64,000 bases of DNA from Candidatus Krumholzibacteriota bacterium (lineage in GTDB: Bacteria > Krumholzibacteriota > Krumholzibacteriia > JAJRXK01). The translations under genes were made by a program, and so were the position numbers. The DNA lies in the NCBI GenBank assembly GCA_963764625.1, contig CAVXTH010000007.1, forward strand, positions 32,001 through 96,000, read 5' to 3'. Under the pieces are notes generated by a model. That model did no database searches. It had not been told where the DNA came from and worked only from the letters and a program-made list of their open reading frames with translations. Positions 48,522 through 60,734 of the stretch are shown one piece after another. Positions within the stretch are counted from its first letter, which is position 1. Each line of letters starts with the position of its first letter.

Positions 48522-49409
48522 ATGTTGGAGCGGTCCCTGGAACTCGCCTTTCAGACGCTTCGCGAACGCGAAGACCGTCCGATTCCCTGGTGTGGTCCGT
48601 CCGAAGCTCCGTGGAGTGATCCGGAGTTCTCGCGAAACTACGCCCGCGCCGCGATTCGGGATGCCGTAACCACCGCGCAAGAGCTCGAACACATCGCGAC
48701 GGTGGCCGAGCTACCGATTCACCCGGGATCCAAGGAGGCGCGAGACATCCTCGACCTGGGCTGCGGCGACGGCCGGTTACTTCTTCCCCTCGCGCGGCTC
48801 GGACACCGAGGCTTTGGGTTCGATCTCGGACCGGCTCCGGTGAGTTCCCTGAACGATCTCGCACGTCGTCATTCGCTCGCGCTCGAGGCGATCACGGGGG
48901 ATCTTCGCGCGTGGTCACGGGGAAAGTTCTCCCTGGGTCCCAGCAGCGGCTTCGACCTGGCGCTTCTCTCCTTCGGAACTCTCGGCGCCGTCCCCAAGAT
49001 CGAGGGAGAGCAGCTGCTCTCCGCCCTCGGCCGGAGTCTGCGCAAGGGAGGAGTCGTGCATCTCGACATGGGACTCTCGGTGGGCTTCGCCGAAGAGCTG
49101 GACGGTCGACAAGAGTGGTGGACTTGCGAAGACTTCGTGCCGGGCAAGGGTCCCCAACTGGTACTCGACGATCAGATCTTCTATCCGGAAGAGAGAGTCT
49201 TCGTGCGCCGAACCTATTCCATGTTTCTCGACGGAAGTTTCCGGATCACCGAGTTGACGCAGACGAGTCAGCTCTACGAGTGTGAAGAACTGAGTACGAT
49301 GCTGCGCAAACGAGGGTTCGAAGTGGAAGAAGAAAGTGGAGACTTCCTCGGCACTCCCTATGATTCCCAGAGCAGCGAAAACCTCGTGTTGGTGGCGCGG
49401 AAAAAGTAG
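48522..49409 (+). CDS. Class I SAM-dependent methyltransferase
   Basis: ILDLGCGDGR, GDLR, FDLALL, LRKGG. Confidence 0.88.
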   Translation: MLERSLELAFQTLREREDRPIPWCGPSEAPWSDPEFSRNYARAAIRDAVTTAQELEHIATVAELPIHPGSKEARDILDLGCGDGRLLLPLARLGHRGFGFDLGPAPVSSLNDLARRHSLALEAITGDLRAWSRGKFSLGPSSGFDLALLSFGTLGAVPKIEGEQLLSALGRSLRKGGVVHLDMGLSVGFAEELDGRQEWWTCEDFVPGKGPQLVLDDQIFYPEERVFVRRTYSMFLDGSFRITELTQTSQLYECEELSTMLRKRGFEVEEESGDFLGTPYDSQSSENLVLVARKK

Positions 49410-49496
49410 ATGCGTTTCTGGCTCGTCATCTGCAGTATACTTCCAGAACGCTCTCATTTGGACGACTCTTGGTGGTATATGGTTTCTGGAGGTTCC

Positions 49497-52090
49497 ATGC
49501 GACGCCCTCTGCTCCCAATGGCGCTGGTCCTCGCTGGGTGTTTTCTCGCTGCACCTGATTGTCTTCGCGCACAGATCGTCTCCCCGCGGGATGGCGGTGA
49601 GTTGCCGGTGGCCTACCGCCAGCTCATCGCACGGAATCCGCAGGCATTTCAGATGAAACACGCGTGGATCAAGAAGACCAAAGAACTCTCGGCCGAGAGA
49701 ATCCAAGGCGCTCGCCGAAGGCTCCATGAAAGCCGCCGCGACCTACACGGTGAGCGGCAACTACAATATCCCGATCTTCACCGCTACCTTCGCCAACACT
49801 CCGGCGCAGCCGTATCCGGTGGCTGATCTGCAGGCGGAGCTCTTCGGACCCTCGCCGGGAGCATACGATCTCACGGAATTCTACGATGAGATCTCCTACG
49901 GCGACATCCACGCGACGGGCACGGTGTACGACTGGGTAGCCCTGCCCCAAGACGACACCTACTACGCGGGTGGGGTCAACGGTCTCGACCCGTCGCAGGC
50001 GAAGGTCGGAGAGATCATCAAGACCTGCCTGGACGCCTACGATTCCAGCGTGGACTTCGGCCTCTACGACAACGACGGACCCGATGGAATTCCCAACAGC
50101 GGCGATGACGACGGCTACGTCGATTTCGTCGCCTTCGTTCAGCCCGAACAGGGCGCGGAATGCGGTGGGGGGAACGACAATATCTGGTCGCATCGCTGGG
50201 TGTACCACGCCTGGAGCGCTAGCGGAAACATGCCCTACCAGACCAATGATGCCGCGGCTAACGGCGGCGTGATCCTCATCGACGATTACACCATTCAACC
50301 CGCGCTCTCCTGCGCCAGCGGCGCGCCGATGGTGGAAATCGGCGTCTTCTGCCACGAATTCGGTCATGGCTTCGGTCTGCCCGATCTCTACGACACCAAC
50401 GGTGGTACTTCGCAGGGCCTGGGTCACTGGGGTCTGATGGCGGCGGGGAACTGGAACAAACCGGATTCTCCCGCGCACATGTCGGCATGGTCCAAAGCAG
50501 AACTGGGCTGGCTCACTCCTATCCAGGTGGACTGGCAAGGAGCGACCGTGTTGATTCCGCCGGTGGAAACCGACCCGGTGGCCTATGAACTCTCCTTCGA
50601 CGAGGATCGCTGGACCGTACGAAGCGACTGTGCTCTGAACGGGAGCTCGAGCCTGACGGTGGGGCTCGGAAATGCCGATGCCGCCGCCCGGGGTTGGGTC
50701 GCGGGCCGGGGCTACGGAAATCTGTGGCGGGAAACCGTGGCGCACGATTTTCATTTCGACGGCACGGGGCCGGTTTCTCTGAGCTTCGAGTACCGCAAAG
50801 ACAGCGAGGGTGGCTACGACTACACCTACTGCGTGCTCGAAAAGGATGGGGTCGAGACGCTGCTCGGCGCCTACGACAACGTCGGGTCCGGTACGGCCAA
50901 CTTCAACCTCACTCCCGCGCTGGGAAGCGAGGCCGCCGACTACCGCATCAAATTCCGCTTCGCCTCCGATACCGGGTATTCCGACGAAGATGGAAACTAC
51001 ACGACGGCCTGCGCTCCCTTCGTAGTGGATGACATTCAGCTGAGCGGGGGAGGAGAGAGCTACTTCACCGATTTCGAGACGAATCGCGCCGGCTGGTACC
51101 AACCCAATGATGCTCTGGACAATCCGAAGTCCGAGAAGTGGCTGGTGGAAAATCGTCAAGACCTGGGCAGCGAAATCTACCTGCACGGCGCGGGACTGGC
51201 GATCTATCACGTCGACCAGGAAGTGGCCCACAGCGCCCTGGGCAACGATGGCGGAGCTTCCAATGTCACGGTGCGAGGCGTGGCGATGGAACAGTCCGAT
51301 GGAGACGAAGATCTGGAGGGTGGCTTCAACCGCGGCGACAACGGAGACACCTGGCCGGGTATCACGCAGCAGACCAACTTCGACTCGGCATCCAATCCCT
51401 CCTCCTTCGACAACTCGGGCCATCCCACCCTCATCGAGGTCTCTTCCATTGCCCACAGCGGAAGCGACATGGTGGCCACCGTCGTGGCGGGAAACCCCGC
51501 GCCTTCGTTGACTGGAGTCGATCCCGTCAGCCGCGTCGAACGCCTCAGGCAGTTTCCCCTTGGATATCCTCGGCGAGCAGAACGTGCGCTACGGCGCCAC
51601 TCTGCTCTTCACCAAGAGTGGATCGCCCGACATCCAGACGACGGTCCGCTGGACCGATTTCGACGTGGTGGATGCACAGCTGGATCTCTCCGGCGCGGAT
51701 CCCGGTCTGTACGACGTGGTGCTCCAGAACCCGGATGGGCAGAACGCGGTGTTGAGCGAGGGATTCGAGGTGTTGGCGCCCACTGCCGTCCCGGTGGCCA
51801 GTAGCTCACCGGTTGCGATGGCGTTGGCGCAGAACTATCCCAATCCCTTCAACCCGACCACCACCATCCGCTACCAGGTCGACCGCAGTGGTCCGGTGAG
51901 TCTGGTGGTCCTGGACGTGAAGGGCCGGGTGGTGAAGACGCTGGTGGCGAGTTCTCGCGGACCGGGCTGGTATTCCGTGCGCTGGAACGGAACCGACGAG
52001 CGCGGTAAACAGGTCGCGAGCGGCCTCTACTTCTACCGCATGAAAGCGGCCGATTTCGAGGCGCGGAAGAAGCTACTTCTGCTGAAGTAA
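49497..52090 (+). CDS. Secreted M6 family (immune inhibitor A-like) metalloprotease with FlgD Ig domain; frameshifts near 49703 and 51532
   Basis: Signal peptide from ATG 49497; IWSHRW; HEFGHGFGLPDLYD; WGLMAAG; SAWSKAELGW; WLVENRQ; QNYPNPFNPTT...VASGLYFYRM. Confidence 0.88.
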
Positions 52091-52122
52091 GACCCTCTCT
52101 CCTCTGAGCGCGTGGCTGCGCA

Positions 52123-52151
52123 TTGCCGCGAGGCCACGCTTCTGCTACGCT
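52123..52151 (+). promoter_or_regulatory. Putative sigma70 promoter for proS
   Basis: TTGCCG-N17-TACGCT with TG extension. Confidence 0.45.
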
Positions 52152-52169
52152 GCCGCCTCCAAGAGTTGA

Positions 52170-53639
<1,470 letters not shown>

Positions 53640-53686
53640 GCGCTATTCCCTCCTTGCGGAGGGCTCGGGAGCGGGTTGAGTTCGAA

Positions 53687-53715
53687 TTGCCTCACCCCCG
53701 GCGCACTCCTATACT
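53687..53715 (+). promoter_or_regulatory. Putative sigma70 promoter for pdxST
   Basis: TTGCCT-N17-TATACT. Confidence 0.5.
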
Positions 53716-53787
53716 ATGAACGCGCTGCGCAGCGGATCACACCGCATCGCATGGAGAGTTTGCGATACCCCCACGGGAGTTGGCGAA

Positions 53788-54681
53788 ATGAGCAAGCAAA
53801 CCGGTGAGGACCGGCTCCGCCTGAAGATCGGCTTGGCCGAGATGCTCAAGGGGGGCGTCATCATGGACGTCACCAACGTCGAGCAAGCCAAAATCGCCGA
53901 AGATGCCGGGGCGAGTGCGGTCATGGCTCTCGAAAGAATTCCCGCGGACATCCGCGCGGACGGCGGCGTCGCGCGCATGTCCAATCCACGCATGATCCAG
54001 GACATCATGGACGCAGTGAGCATTCCGGTGATGGCCAAGTGCCGAATCGGCCATTTCGCTGAGGCGCAGATCCTCCAGGCCATCGGAGTGGACTTCGTGG
54101 ACGAGAGCGAAGTCTTGACGCCGGCCGATGAGGAACATCATGTCGACAAGTTCGCGTTCGACGTACCGTTTGTTTGCGGTTGCCGGAATCTGGGTGAGGC
54201 TCTGCGCCGCCTCGGAGAGGGTGCGGCGATGATGCGTACCAAGGGCGAGGCGGGAACCGGCGACATCGTCGAGGCAGTACGTCACATGCGCGCCGTACAG
54301 TCGGGCATCCGGAGACTCCAGGTATTGAGAGACGAGGAACTCATGGCGGAGGCGAAGAACCTAGGAGCGCCTTACCACGTGCTGCTCGAAGTGCGCGAAA
54401 AGGGAAAGCTTCCGGTTCCTAATTTCGCCGCCGGCGGCATCGCGACTCCTGCGGACGCTTCTCTCATGATGCAACTGGGTGCGGAGTCGGTCTTCGTCGG
54501 CAGCGGCATCTTCAAGAGTGACGATCCCGCGGCTCGAGCCAAGGCCGTGGTGGAAGCGGTCACTTTCTTCGACGATCCGAAGAAGCTGGCGGAAATCAGC
54601 CGCGAGCTCGGCGATGCCATGCGAGGCCAGTCGGTGGAGAAACTCTCCAAGGAAGAGCTGCTCGCCGGCCGGGGCTGGTAG
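53788..54681 (+). CDS. pdxS: Pyridoxal 5'-phosphate synthase lyase subunit
   Basis: [54 protein letters not shown]. Confidence 0.98.
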   Translation: MSKQTGEDRLRLKIGLAEMLKGGVIMDVTNVEQAKIAEDAGASAVMALERIPADIRADGGVARMSNPRMIQDIMDAVSIPVMAKCRIGHFAEAQILQAIGVDFVDESEVLTPADEEHHVDKFAFDVPFVCGCRNLGEALRRLGEGAAMMRTKGEAGTGDIVEAVRHMRAVQSGIRRLQVLRDEELMAEAKNLGAPYHVLLEVREKGKLPVPNFAAGGIATPADASLMMQLGAESVFVGSGIFKSDDPAARAKAVVEAVTFFDDPKKLAEISRELGDAMRGQSVEKLSKEELLAGRGW

Positions 54682-55313
54682 TGGAAGAGTACGGGCGAGT
54701 CGGCGTCCTTGCTCTCCAAGGAGATTTCGCGGCTCATCTTGAAGTTCTCCACGAACTCGAGGTGTCCGCCATTACGGTGCGGCGTCCGGAAGAATTACAA
54801 GGTCTCGACGGACTGATCATTCCCGGGGGCGAAAGCACGACCCTGGTCAAGCTTCTCCATTCCAACCATCTTCTCGGCCCCATTTCCACTTTCGCTCAGC
54901 GACACAGTGTGATGGGCACTTGCGCGGGCGCGATTCTCATGGCGAGCGAACTGGAGGACTCGGGTGGCGTGAGTCCGCTCGGCCTGTTGGACATCACCGT
55001 GCGCCGCAATGGGTATGGCCGACAGATCGACTCCTTCGAAGACGAGATCACCACCACCGTCGGCATCGAGGGCATCCCCCCGGCGAGAGGGATCTTCATT
55101 CGGGCCCCCCGGATCCTGCGCGTGGGCCAGGACGTCGAGGTGATCGCCATCTACCGCCAGGAACCGGTGGCGGTGCGTTCGCGCGCCGCCGCCCCGCGCC
55201 ACCTCGCGCTCACCTTTCATCCTGAATTGAATGAAGTTACGACCTGGCACCGGCTGTGGCTGGCGGGGGTATTTCGAAAAAGAGAATTCGTATCTGAATC
55301 TCCATCTTCCTGA
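54681..55313 (+). CDS. pdxT: Pyridoxal 5'-phosphate synthase glutaminase subunit
   Basis: GVLALQGDF, IPGGESTT, GTCAGAI, RNGYGRQIDSF, FIRAP, FHPEL. Confidence 0.97.
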   Translation: MEEYGRVGVLALQGDFAAHLEVLHELEVSAITVRRPEELQGLDGLIIPGGESTTLVKLLHSNHLLGPISTFAQRHSVMGTCAGAILMASELEDSGGVSPLGLLDITVRRNGYGRQIDSFEDEITTTVGIEGIPPARGIFIRAPRILRVGQDVEVIAIYRQEPVAVRSRAAAPRHLALTFHPELNEVTTWHRLWLAGVFRKREFVSESPSS

Positions 55314-55360
55314 ACCCGGTTCAGTGCCGGATCTCTGAGCCGGACTTCCCTATGAGCACC

Positions 55361-55390
55361 TTGCCGCTGAAGCTCCGTTTCTGATACAAT
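55361..55390 (+). promoter_or_regulatory. Putative sigma70 promoter (extended -10)
   Basis: TTGCCG-N18-TACAAT with TG extension. Confidence 0.45.
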
Positions 55391-55467
55391 GACCGCGTCC
55401 CTGTGTGTCAGGCTCCCTCGTACGCTTCGCACAACCTGAAAGCCCGACAACTCCTAGGAGAACAAGA

Positions 55468-56163
55468 ATGTCCCTTCGTTATCGCGTCCTCTTCAAGTCC
55501 CTGATGGTGTTGGCGCTCGCAGCCCTTAGCACAGCGGCGTTCGCCGATCCCTGTCTCACGGTCTATCCCACCGGGGATACGGTCTACCATTATGACGTCA
55601 ATGAGTACTATGTGGTTGGGCCGGGAGATCCTCTCTACGATCCTCTCTACGATCGCGGCGGCTACTGCCTCATCGATTCCAATACCATGGACTTCGATCT
55701 GAGCATCTATCAGGCGCCGAACCTCGTGGGTTTCACGCCGAGCACCGATGGCCAAGAAGGCTACTTTTTCGAGGGCTATAGCTTCCAGCTCGTCATCGAT
55801 GGCTTCAGCAACAGCCCCACGACCTACGAGAACATCATTCTGGTGATCAACCCACTGCCATCTTCGTGTCCCCCGATGGTCACGATCGACGGCAACCCGG
55901 TCACTGGCAGCACCTACCCTCTCGGTAGCCTGGCGGTCAGCACGCCTACGACCGAGGGCCACCATTATTCGGATACGCTCGTGCTCGACGTGACCTGGGC
56001 TGCGTGCGCGGAGATGCAGTTCTGGGCCTACGACGATGAAAACTACAACGGCCAGAAGGACGGCGGCGAATGCTTCAGCGCATTCTCGCACGACACCACC
56101 GTTCCCGCGGCGCGCACTTCGATGGGTCTCATCAAGGCGCAGTACGGGGGCTCTGGGCAATAG
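55468..56163 (+). CDS. Secreted hypothetical protein with C-terminal SxGxIK motif
   Basis: AGGAG RBS; signal peptide (AFA); acidic and beta-rich; ends FSHDTTVPAARTSMGLIKAQYGGSGQ. Confidence 0.8.
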   Translation: MSLRYRVLFKSLMVLALAALSTAAFADPCLTVYPTGDTVYHYDVNEYYVVGPGDPLYDPLYDRGGYCLIDSNTMDFDLSIYQAPNLVGFTPSTDGQEGYFFEGYSFQLVIDGFSNSPTTYENIILVINPLPSSCPPMVTIDGNPVTGSTYPLGSLAVSTPTTEGHHYSDTLVLDVTWAACAEMQFWAYDDENYNGQKDGGECFSAFSHDTTVPAARTSMGLIKAQYGGSGQ

Positions 56164-57142
56164 AAGGTGCTTCGCGCTCAGCGGCTCTCATGAGTTGTTG
56201 AAACGACCGTAGGGTCGTACGGGCCGTGACGGTAATTCTGGCAAGATGCCAGGTACTGTCACGGCCCGGTTCGTTCGTGCCCGCCGCCAAGCTCAGGCTG
56301 CCGTGGTAGCCCTCCTTTGCCGCGAGCGAATCCAGAGGCGAGGAGGCCCATCCGTAAGGCCAGGCCAACCACTGCGCTCCATGTCCCAGGTGGTTCTTCA
56401 GGCTCCGGCTGGAGCGGCGCAGATCGAGGCTCACGAAGAGTTCGCCCCGTGGGAGGGGAGCACCCTCGTAGGGCACCTCGTGGAGAAACACCGGCTGCAT
56501 CTTGCCTTGATGTCCTTTGACCTTGTAATGCATGTCGTCGGAGTGGCTTTCCACTCTGAACACCCCGCTCTTCTCCAGCATGCCAAGTTGGGCCCAGCTG
56601 AGCGTGTTCACGTCCTTCCAGCTCTGTCCCACTTTGGAGGTGACCACCATGATGGTCGCCTTCATTCCATGACGCGCGAGAAAGGGGTAGGCATAGCGGA
56701 GGATGCTCGTATCTCCGTCGTCGAAGGTGATGACGATGGGCTTCGCCGGCCCGATCTCCTTCCCGGCGAGAATCTCCTCGAGTTCATCGAGATCGATGGT
56801 CGTGTAGCCATTTTGAAGGAGCCAATCCATGTGTCTCACGAAGAGCTGCGCGGGCGTGGTCCAGTATTCTCTCTCCCTGAGAGTAGGGAGGTTGAAGAGA
56901 ACCGCCCCCAGAACCCGCAAGAGGTAGACCGGCCCCGCCGGTCCGCGCAGGTAGTGGTAGCAGAGGACGGGAACTCCCCCCGCGCGAAACTTTGCCGGAT
57001 CGAGATCAATCTTGCCCGGCTCCTCGATCTCCAGGTAGTTGGCACGGGATCCTTCATCGTGATAGGTCGCGCAGTACTGGCGCCAGACGACGAGCGAGGG
57101 AACGGTCAACAGGACGAGAGCGATGATGACGAGACGTCTCAT
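56132..57142 (-). CDS. CE4 polysaccharide deacetylase (PgaB N-domain/IcaB-like)
   Basis: VPVLCYH, ITFDDG, ESHSDDMH, LAWPYG; N-terminal membrane anchor. Confidence 0.88.
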   Translation of the reverse strand: MRRLVIIALVLLTVPSLVVWRQYCATYHDEGSRANYLEIEEPGKIDLDPAKFRAGGVPVLCYHYLRGPAGPVYLLRVLGAVLFNLPTLREREYWTTPAQLFVRHMDWLLQNGYTTIDLDELEEILAGKEIGPAKPIVITFDDGDTSILRYAYPFLARHGMKATIMVVTSKVGQSWKDVNTLSWAQLGMLEKSGVFRVESHSDDMHYKVKGHQGKMQPVFLHEVPYEGAPLPRGELFVSLDLRRSSRSLKNHLGHGAQWLAWPYGWASSPLDSLAAKEGYHGSLSLAAGTNEPGRDSTWHLARITVTARTTLRSFQQLMRAAEREAPSIAQSPRTAP

Positions 57143-57148
57143 GGGAGC

Positions 57149-58732
57149 TCAGAACTTGTAGTGGAGAGCGATCGCGGCGAACTTCCGATTGTAGCCTCCC
57201 GAGGAAGACAGCTTGCTATCGCTGCTTCCGCCGGACAGTTCGAGGCGCCAGCGCTGTGAAATGCGCCATGCGAGCTCTGCGCTTCCATTGAACACCCCAT
57301 AGTCGTCGTCATCGGCCCATTCGTGACCCAAGCCTATCTCCACGGCGGCGGAGACGCGCGGATCAAAGTCCTTCTCCAGACGCGCCGACGCTCGCGCGTT
57401 GAAGAAATCACTGGGATTCCAGTAGCCGCGATCGCTGATCTTGGAGAATCGGAAGGTGGTCAACGAAGGGGTCAGGGTCAGTCGCCAGCTTCGTCCGTAG
57501 CTGAAATCCAGATGGGAGCTGAGATAACTCCGGCCATTGCCGTCGCTGTAGTCGCCGTAGCGCAGCACCGCGCTCCAAATCAGATTGGGACGCAGATGCC
57601 AATCGGCACTGGCGGCGAAGCTCGTCACCGTGATCTCCTCACTCAGCGCACGCGGCGTATCGATGAAACTGCGGTCGGTCGAGAAGTCCAGCCGCCAGCG
57701 GTAATCGGCCCACCAGGTGAACCAGGCATCCCAGCTCAAGAGGAAGAAGTCGACCTTGTCCGGCGGGCCGTTCACCACGGCCGAGTCACTGCTGAAGCTC
57801 ATGGGCGTGAGGTAGAGGTGCGCTTGCGTGGTGGGGGAGGGACGCATGGCGCCTCCCACTCTCAACCCAAGCTCGTCGATGTCAGGTTGTCCCTCTTGCC
57901 AGAAACGTCCCTGAAGGAGAGCGAGCTGGAGGTCCTGCCAACGAGGTGTCGTATTCTCGTAGCTCAGCTCGTTGCTCAAGATCTTCAATTCGTCGCTGTC
58001 CTTGATCAACCGACTGCGGGCCACCAGTTCGGGGTGTCGAGCCGCGAGGATGCGCTGGCGCAGCGCCTGGGCATCGGGATCTTCGCGCATGGGATCGAGG
58101 GCGGAAAGAGCGAGCTGGAGCTCATCTGCCCAGGCCCAGCTCTGCGCCAATCCCAGGCGGGCCTCCTTGCTCTCGGGATGGTCATCGAGGAACTTCTGGT
58201 ATTGCCGCGCCGCCTGACGGTTGCGTCCCATCCAGCTCAGGGTCTGCGCCTCTCCCAGGCGCGCCTCTTTGTTCTCGGGATGGCCGATGAGCACGCGCCG
58301 GTACTCCTGCCAGGCTTCCTGGTTTCGATCCACCCAGCTCAACGCCCGGGCATATCCGATCCGCGCGCCGACGCTTCCCGGCGCGGCCGCAAGACGCGTC
58401 TCGAACCAGGGAATCGCCTTCTGGGGTTCGTCATTCCAGTTGTACTGATGTCCCAGCTCGTCGCCGTACGACGAGGCCAAGGACGACTCCAGTTCGAAAG
58501 CCCTCAAGTAGGCACGGATCGCATTTTGGTGCTGGTCGGAGGCCGAGTACTCGCGAGCTTGTGCGAGCGCCTGGAGGGCCGAGGCGTGAGCCTGCTCGGG
58601 AGGCGCCGCGACTGGCGTCGCACTTGGCGTCGCACCGGCGACGCCCCCCGGAGCAAGCGTGCCTCCTAGCAGCCCGACCAAGAGCACGAACCACACCGCT
58701 CTTGGAGGCCAGAGAATCAATAGTCTAGACAT
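57149..58732 (-). CDS. TPR plus beta-barrel outer-membrane export protein (PgaA-like)
   Basis: Signal peptide; TPRs (ARIGYARALSW, EARLGEAQTLSW, EARLGLAQSWAW); YSDGNGR; GYWNP; C-terminal LHYKF. Confidence 0.8.
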   Translation of the reverse strand: MSRLLILWPPRAVWFVLLVGLLGGTLAPGGVAGATPSATPVAAPPEQAHASALQALAQAREYSASDQHQNAIRAYLRAFELESSLASSYGDELGHQYNWNDEPQKAIPWFETRLAAAPGSVGARIGYARALSWVDRNQEAWQEYRRVLIGHPENKEARLGEAQTLSWMGRNRQAARQYQKFLDDHPESKEARLGLAQSWAWADELQLALSALDPMREDPDAQALRQRILAARHPELVARSRLIKDSDELKILSNELSYENTTPRWQDLQLALLQGRFWQEGQPDIDELGLRVGGAMRPSPTTQAHLYLTPMSFSSDSAVVNGPPDKVDFFLLSWDAWFTWWADYRWRLDFSTDRSFIDTPRALSEEITVTSFAASADWHLRPNLIWSAVLRYGDYSDGNGRSYLSSHLDFSYGRSWRLTLTPSLTTFRFSKISDRGYWNPSDFFNARASARLEKDFDPRVSAAVEIGLGHEWADDDDYGVFNGSAELAWRISQRWRLELSGGSSDSKLSSSGGYNRKFAAIALHYKF

Positions 58733-59987
58733 CCCTCACCGGCGTCCACCGCGTTACGCCGCCTGCACCCCCTCTCCTGAAGAAGGCGCGGGGGGTGGTC
58801 CAGGTCGTCACGACCGCCAGGATCATCCAGTAGATGATCGGGTAGAGCACCGCGACCACGAAATACCGGCTGATTTTGGGATCGTAGCGGCGATCGAGAA
58901 CGACACCGGTCAGAAGTTGCAAGAGGCATACCGTTCCAATGAGCATGCCCCACCAGTTGGGTACCGGAGAGGCTCCCACCGGTGGATAGCCGACCATGTA
59001 GGAGAGAGTCCAGAGAACGACCATCCAGGTGTAGGTGTAGGCCCAGGTGATCGAGAGGGTGCTCTCGGCGAGCACCGGCCAGAGCCGGCGGTGTTTCCAT
59101 TTCAGAACCTGGCGACCGTGGCGCCGCAGAACTTGCGCCAGACCCAGGGCCCAACGGGTTCTCTGGCGCCAGAGTCCCTTTAGATTGCGCGGTACCTGCA
59201 TCCAGACAATCGCCCTTGGTTCGTAGCGCACGTCCCAATGGTGCAATTGCAATTTCCAGGTGAGGTCGATGTCCTCGGTGGCCATGTCGGGGCTGTAGAG
59301 TCCGGCATCCAGGATCGCGGCGCGGTGAAACGCCCCCACCACGCCACTCATCGTCAAGATCCTGCCCCAGATCCGTTGGGCCCGCCGCTGCAGGGAAATG
59401 ATCGAGGTGAACTCGATTGCCTCGAGTTTGGCGAGGAAGGTTCCCCGATTCTCCACCCGCGGATTCCCCGTCACTCCGCCGACCCGAGGAGATTTAAAAT
59501 GGGGCACGATGACGCGCAGCAGCTGAGGCTCGGGCGTGGCGTCGGCATCCATGACCACGAGAATCTCGCCTCGGGCCATGCGCACGGCGTCGTTCAACGC
59601 CATCGCCTTTCCTTCGTTGAACCTCTTGCGCAGCAGACGCACGCGGCGCTGTCGCACCAGGGGCATGATCTTCTCTACCGTTTCGTCGGTGCTGCAATCG
59701 TCGATGACGAGCACCTCGAAATCGGGATAGTCGATGGCGAGCATCCCCTCCACGCTGTGGAGGATGTGTTCCTGTTCGTTGAACGCCGGGACGAGGATGC
59801 TGACGGTGGGGTACGACTCGAGCTTGTAGAACTCCTCGTCGATTGTTCGCTCGCGTCTGATGAAGTATACCGCACTGGTGAAGACCCACATGAGACTCGT
59901 GAGAATGGGATACCAGGCGAAGAAGACGAGGGCCGCCAGGTAGATCCAATGACCCTGAATGGCTTCGAGAATCGGCAGGAGGTTCAC
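58725..59987 (-). CDS. pgaC: Poly-beta-1,6-GlcNAc synthase (GT2, PgaC/IcaA)
   Basis: VPAFNE, IDDCSTD, GKAMALN, MDADA, VTGNPRVENR, TMSGV, TEDIDLTWKLQ, QRTRW. Confidence 0.92.
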   Translation of the reverse strand: MNLLPILEAIQGHWIYLAALVFFAWYPILTSLMWVFTSAVYFIRRERTIDEEFYKLESYPTVSILVPAFNEQEHILHSVEGMLAIDYPDFEVLVIDDCSTDETVEKIMPLVRQRRVRLLRKRFNEGKAMALNDAVRMARGEILVVMDADATPEPQLLRVIVPHFKSPRVGGVTGNPRVENRGTFLAKLEAIEFTSIISLQRRAQRIWGRILTMSGVVGAFHRAAILDAGLYSPDMATEDIDLTWKLQLHHWDVRYEPRAIVWMQVPRNLKGLWRQRTRWALGLAQVLRRHGRQVLKWKHRRLWPVLAESTLSITWAYTYTWMVVLWTLSYMVGYPPVGASPVPNWWGMLIGTVCLLQLLTGVVLDRRYDPKISRYFVVAVLYPIIYWMILAVVTTWTTPRAFFRRGGAGGVTRWTPVRDV

Positions 59988-60373
59988 GGTCGCTCCTCCT
60001 CAGAGGGCGGAGCGATCTTGTGATAGAGCTTCACCTGGTCCTGCTCGGAGACCTCAATTTCCACGTAGTTGGACAGGAACAGCGGTTCGGATCCGAGCTC
60101 CTCGATCCGGCGGCCCAGCACGTCGTGGTTCGCATCCAGTGGAATGCGGCGTCGGTCTTTCCGCCGTCCCTTGGAGTTCTTGGCCACCTGCTGATTGTGC
60201 CGAATCCACAGGAGGGTCAGAAGACAGACGATACCCACGGAGGTGAAGAGGATCGTCAGCGCGGACACGGTCGCGGGGTTGAGCCGACGACGGCTCACGA
60301 GCCACCAGTAGTACGCAAAGAGCGCCCACGCGATCAATGCGAGCGTACCTTGACTCAAGATTCTGCGCTGCAT
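59984..60373 (-). CDS. Small two-TM membrane protein, PgaD-like
   Basis: ATG at 60373 after GGAGG; two TM helices followed by WIRHN...RRK; overlaps the pgaC start. Confidence 0.65.
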   Translation of the reverse strand: MQRRILSQGTLALIAWALFAYYWWLVSRRRLNPATVSALTILFTSVGIVCLLTLLWIRHNQQVAKNSKGRRKDRRRIPLDANHDVLGRRIEELGSEPLFLSNYVEIEVSEQDQVKLYHKIAPPSEEERP

Positions 60374-60611
60374 CGCGCAATCCCTCCACTTGGCACCTTG
60401 CCACGCTCGCCGCTTCGCCGTATCGCGAAGCGCCGTGATTCGTGGCGCATGCTTTCTCGTCCTTTCCCGCGATGGAGAAGAGTTTCTCCCGACGGGAAAG
60501 CGTCGTGTCCGGCGATGCGGACGGCCGGCCGCGGGCTTGCCTGGCATTTTTCGGCTCTCGATAGTGTTGTGCAACCCTGAGGCCAAGCGCATACGGGTGG
60601 GGCCGGGCTTC

Positions 60612-60640
60612 TTGACGGCTGCCCTTCACCCTCCTAACCT
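60612..60640 (+). promoter_or_regulatory. Putative sigma70 promoter
   Basis: TTGACG-N17-TAACCT upstream of the M16 peptidase. Confidence 0.5.
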
Positions 60641-60734
60641 CTAACGGATCTTTGATTTGGAAGACTCTGCCAGCTGGTAGATTTCCGGGGGACACAGCTG
60701 CCGCCGGAAAAGATCGGGAATTTTGGAGGACTAC

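Noticed and set aside
60388-60408. Sigma54 promoter for the pga-like operon (TGGCA...)
   Set aside because: The GG-N10-GC spacing is not met on either strand.
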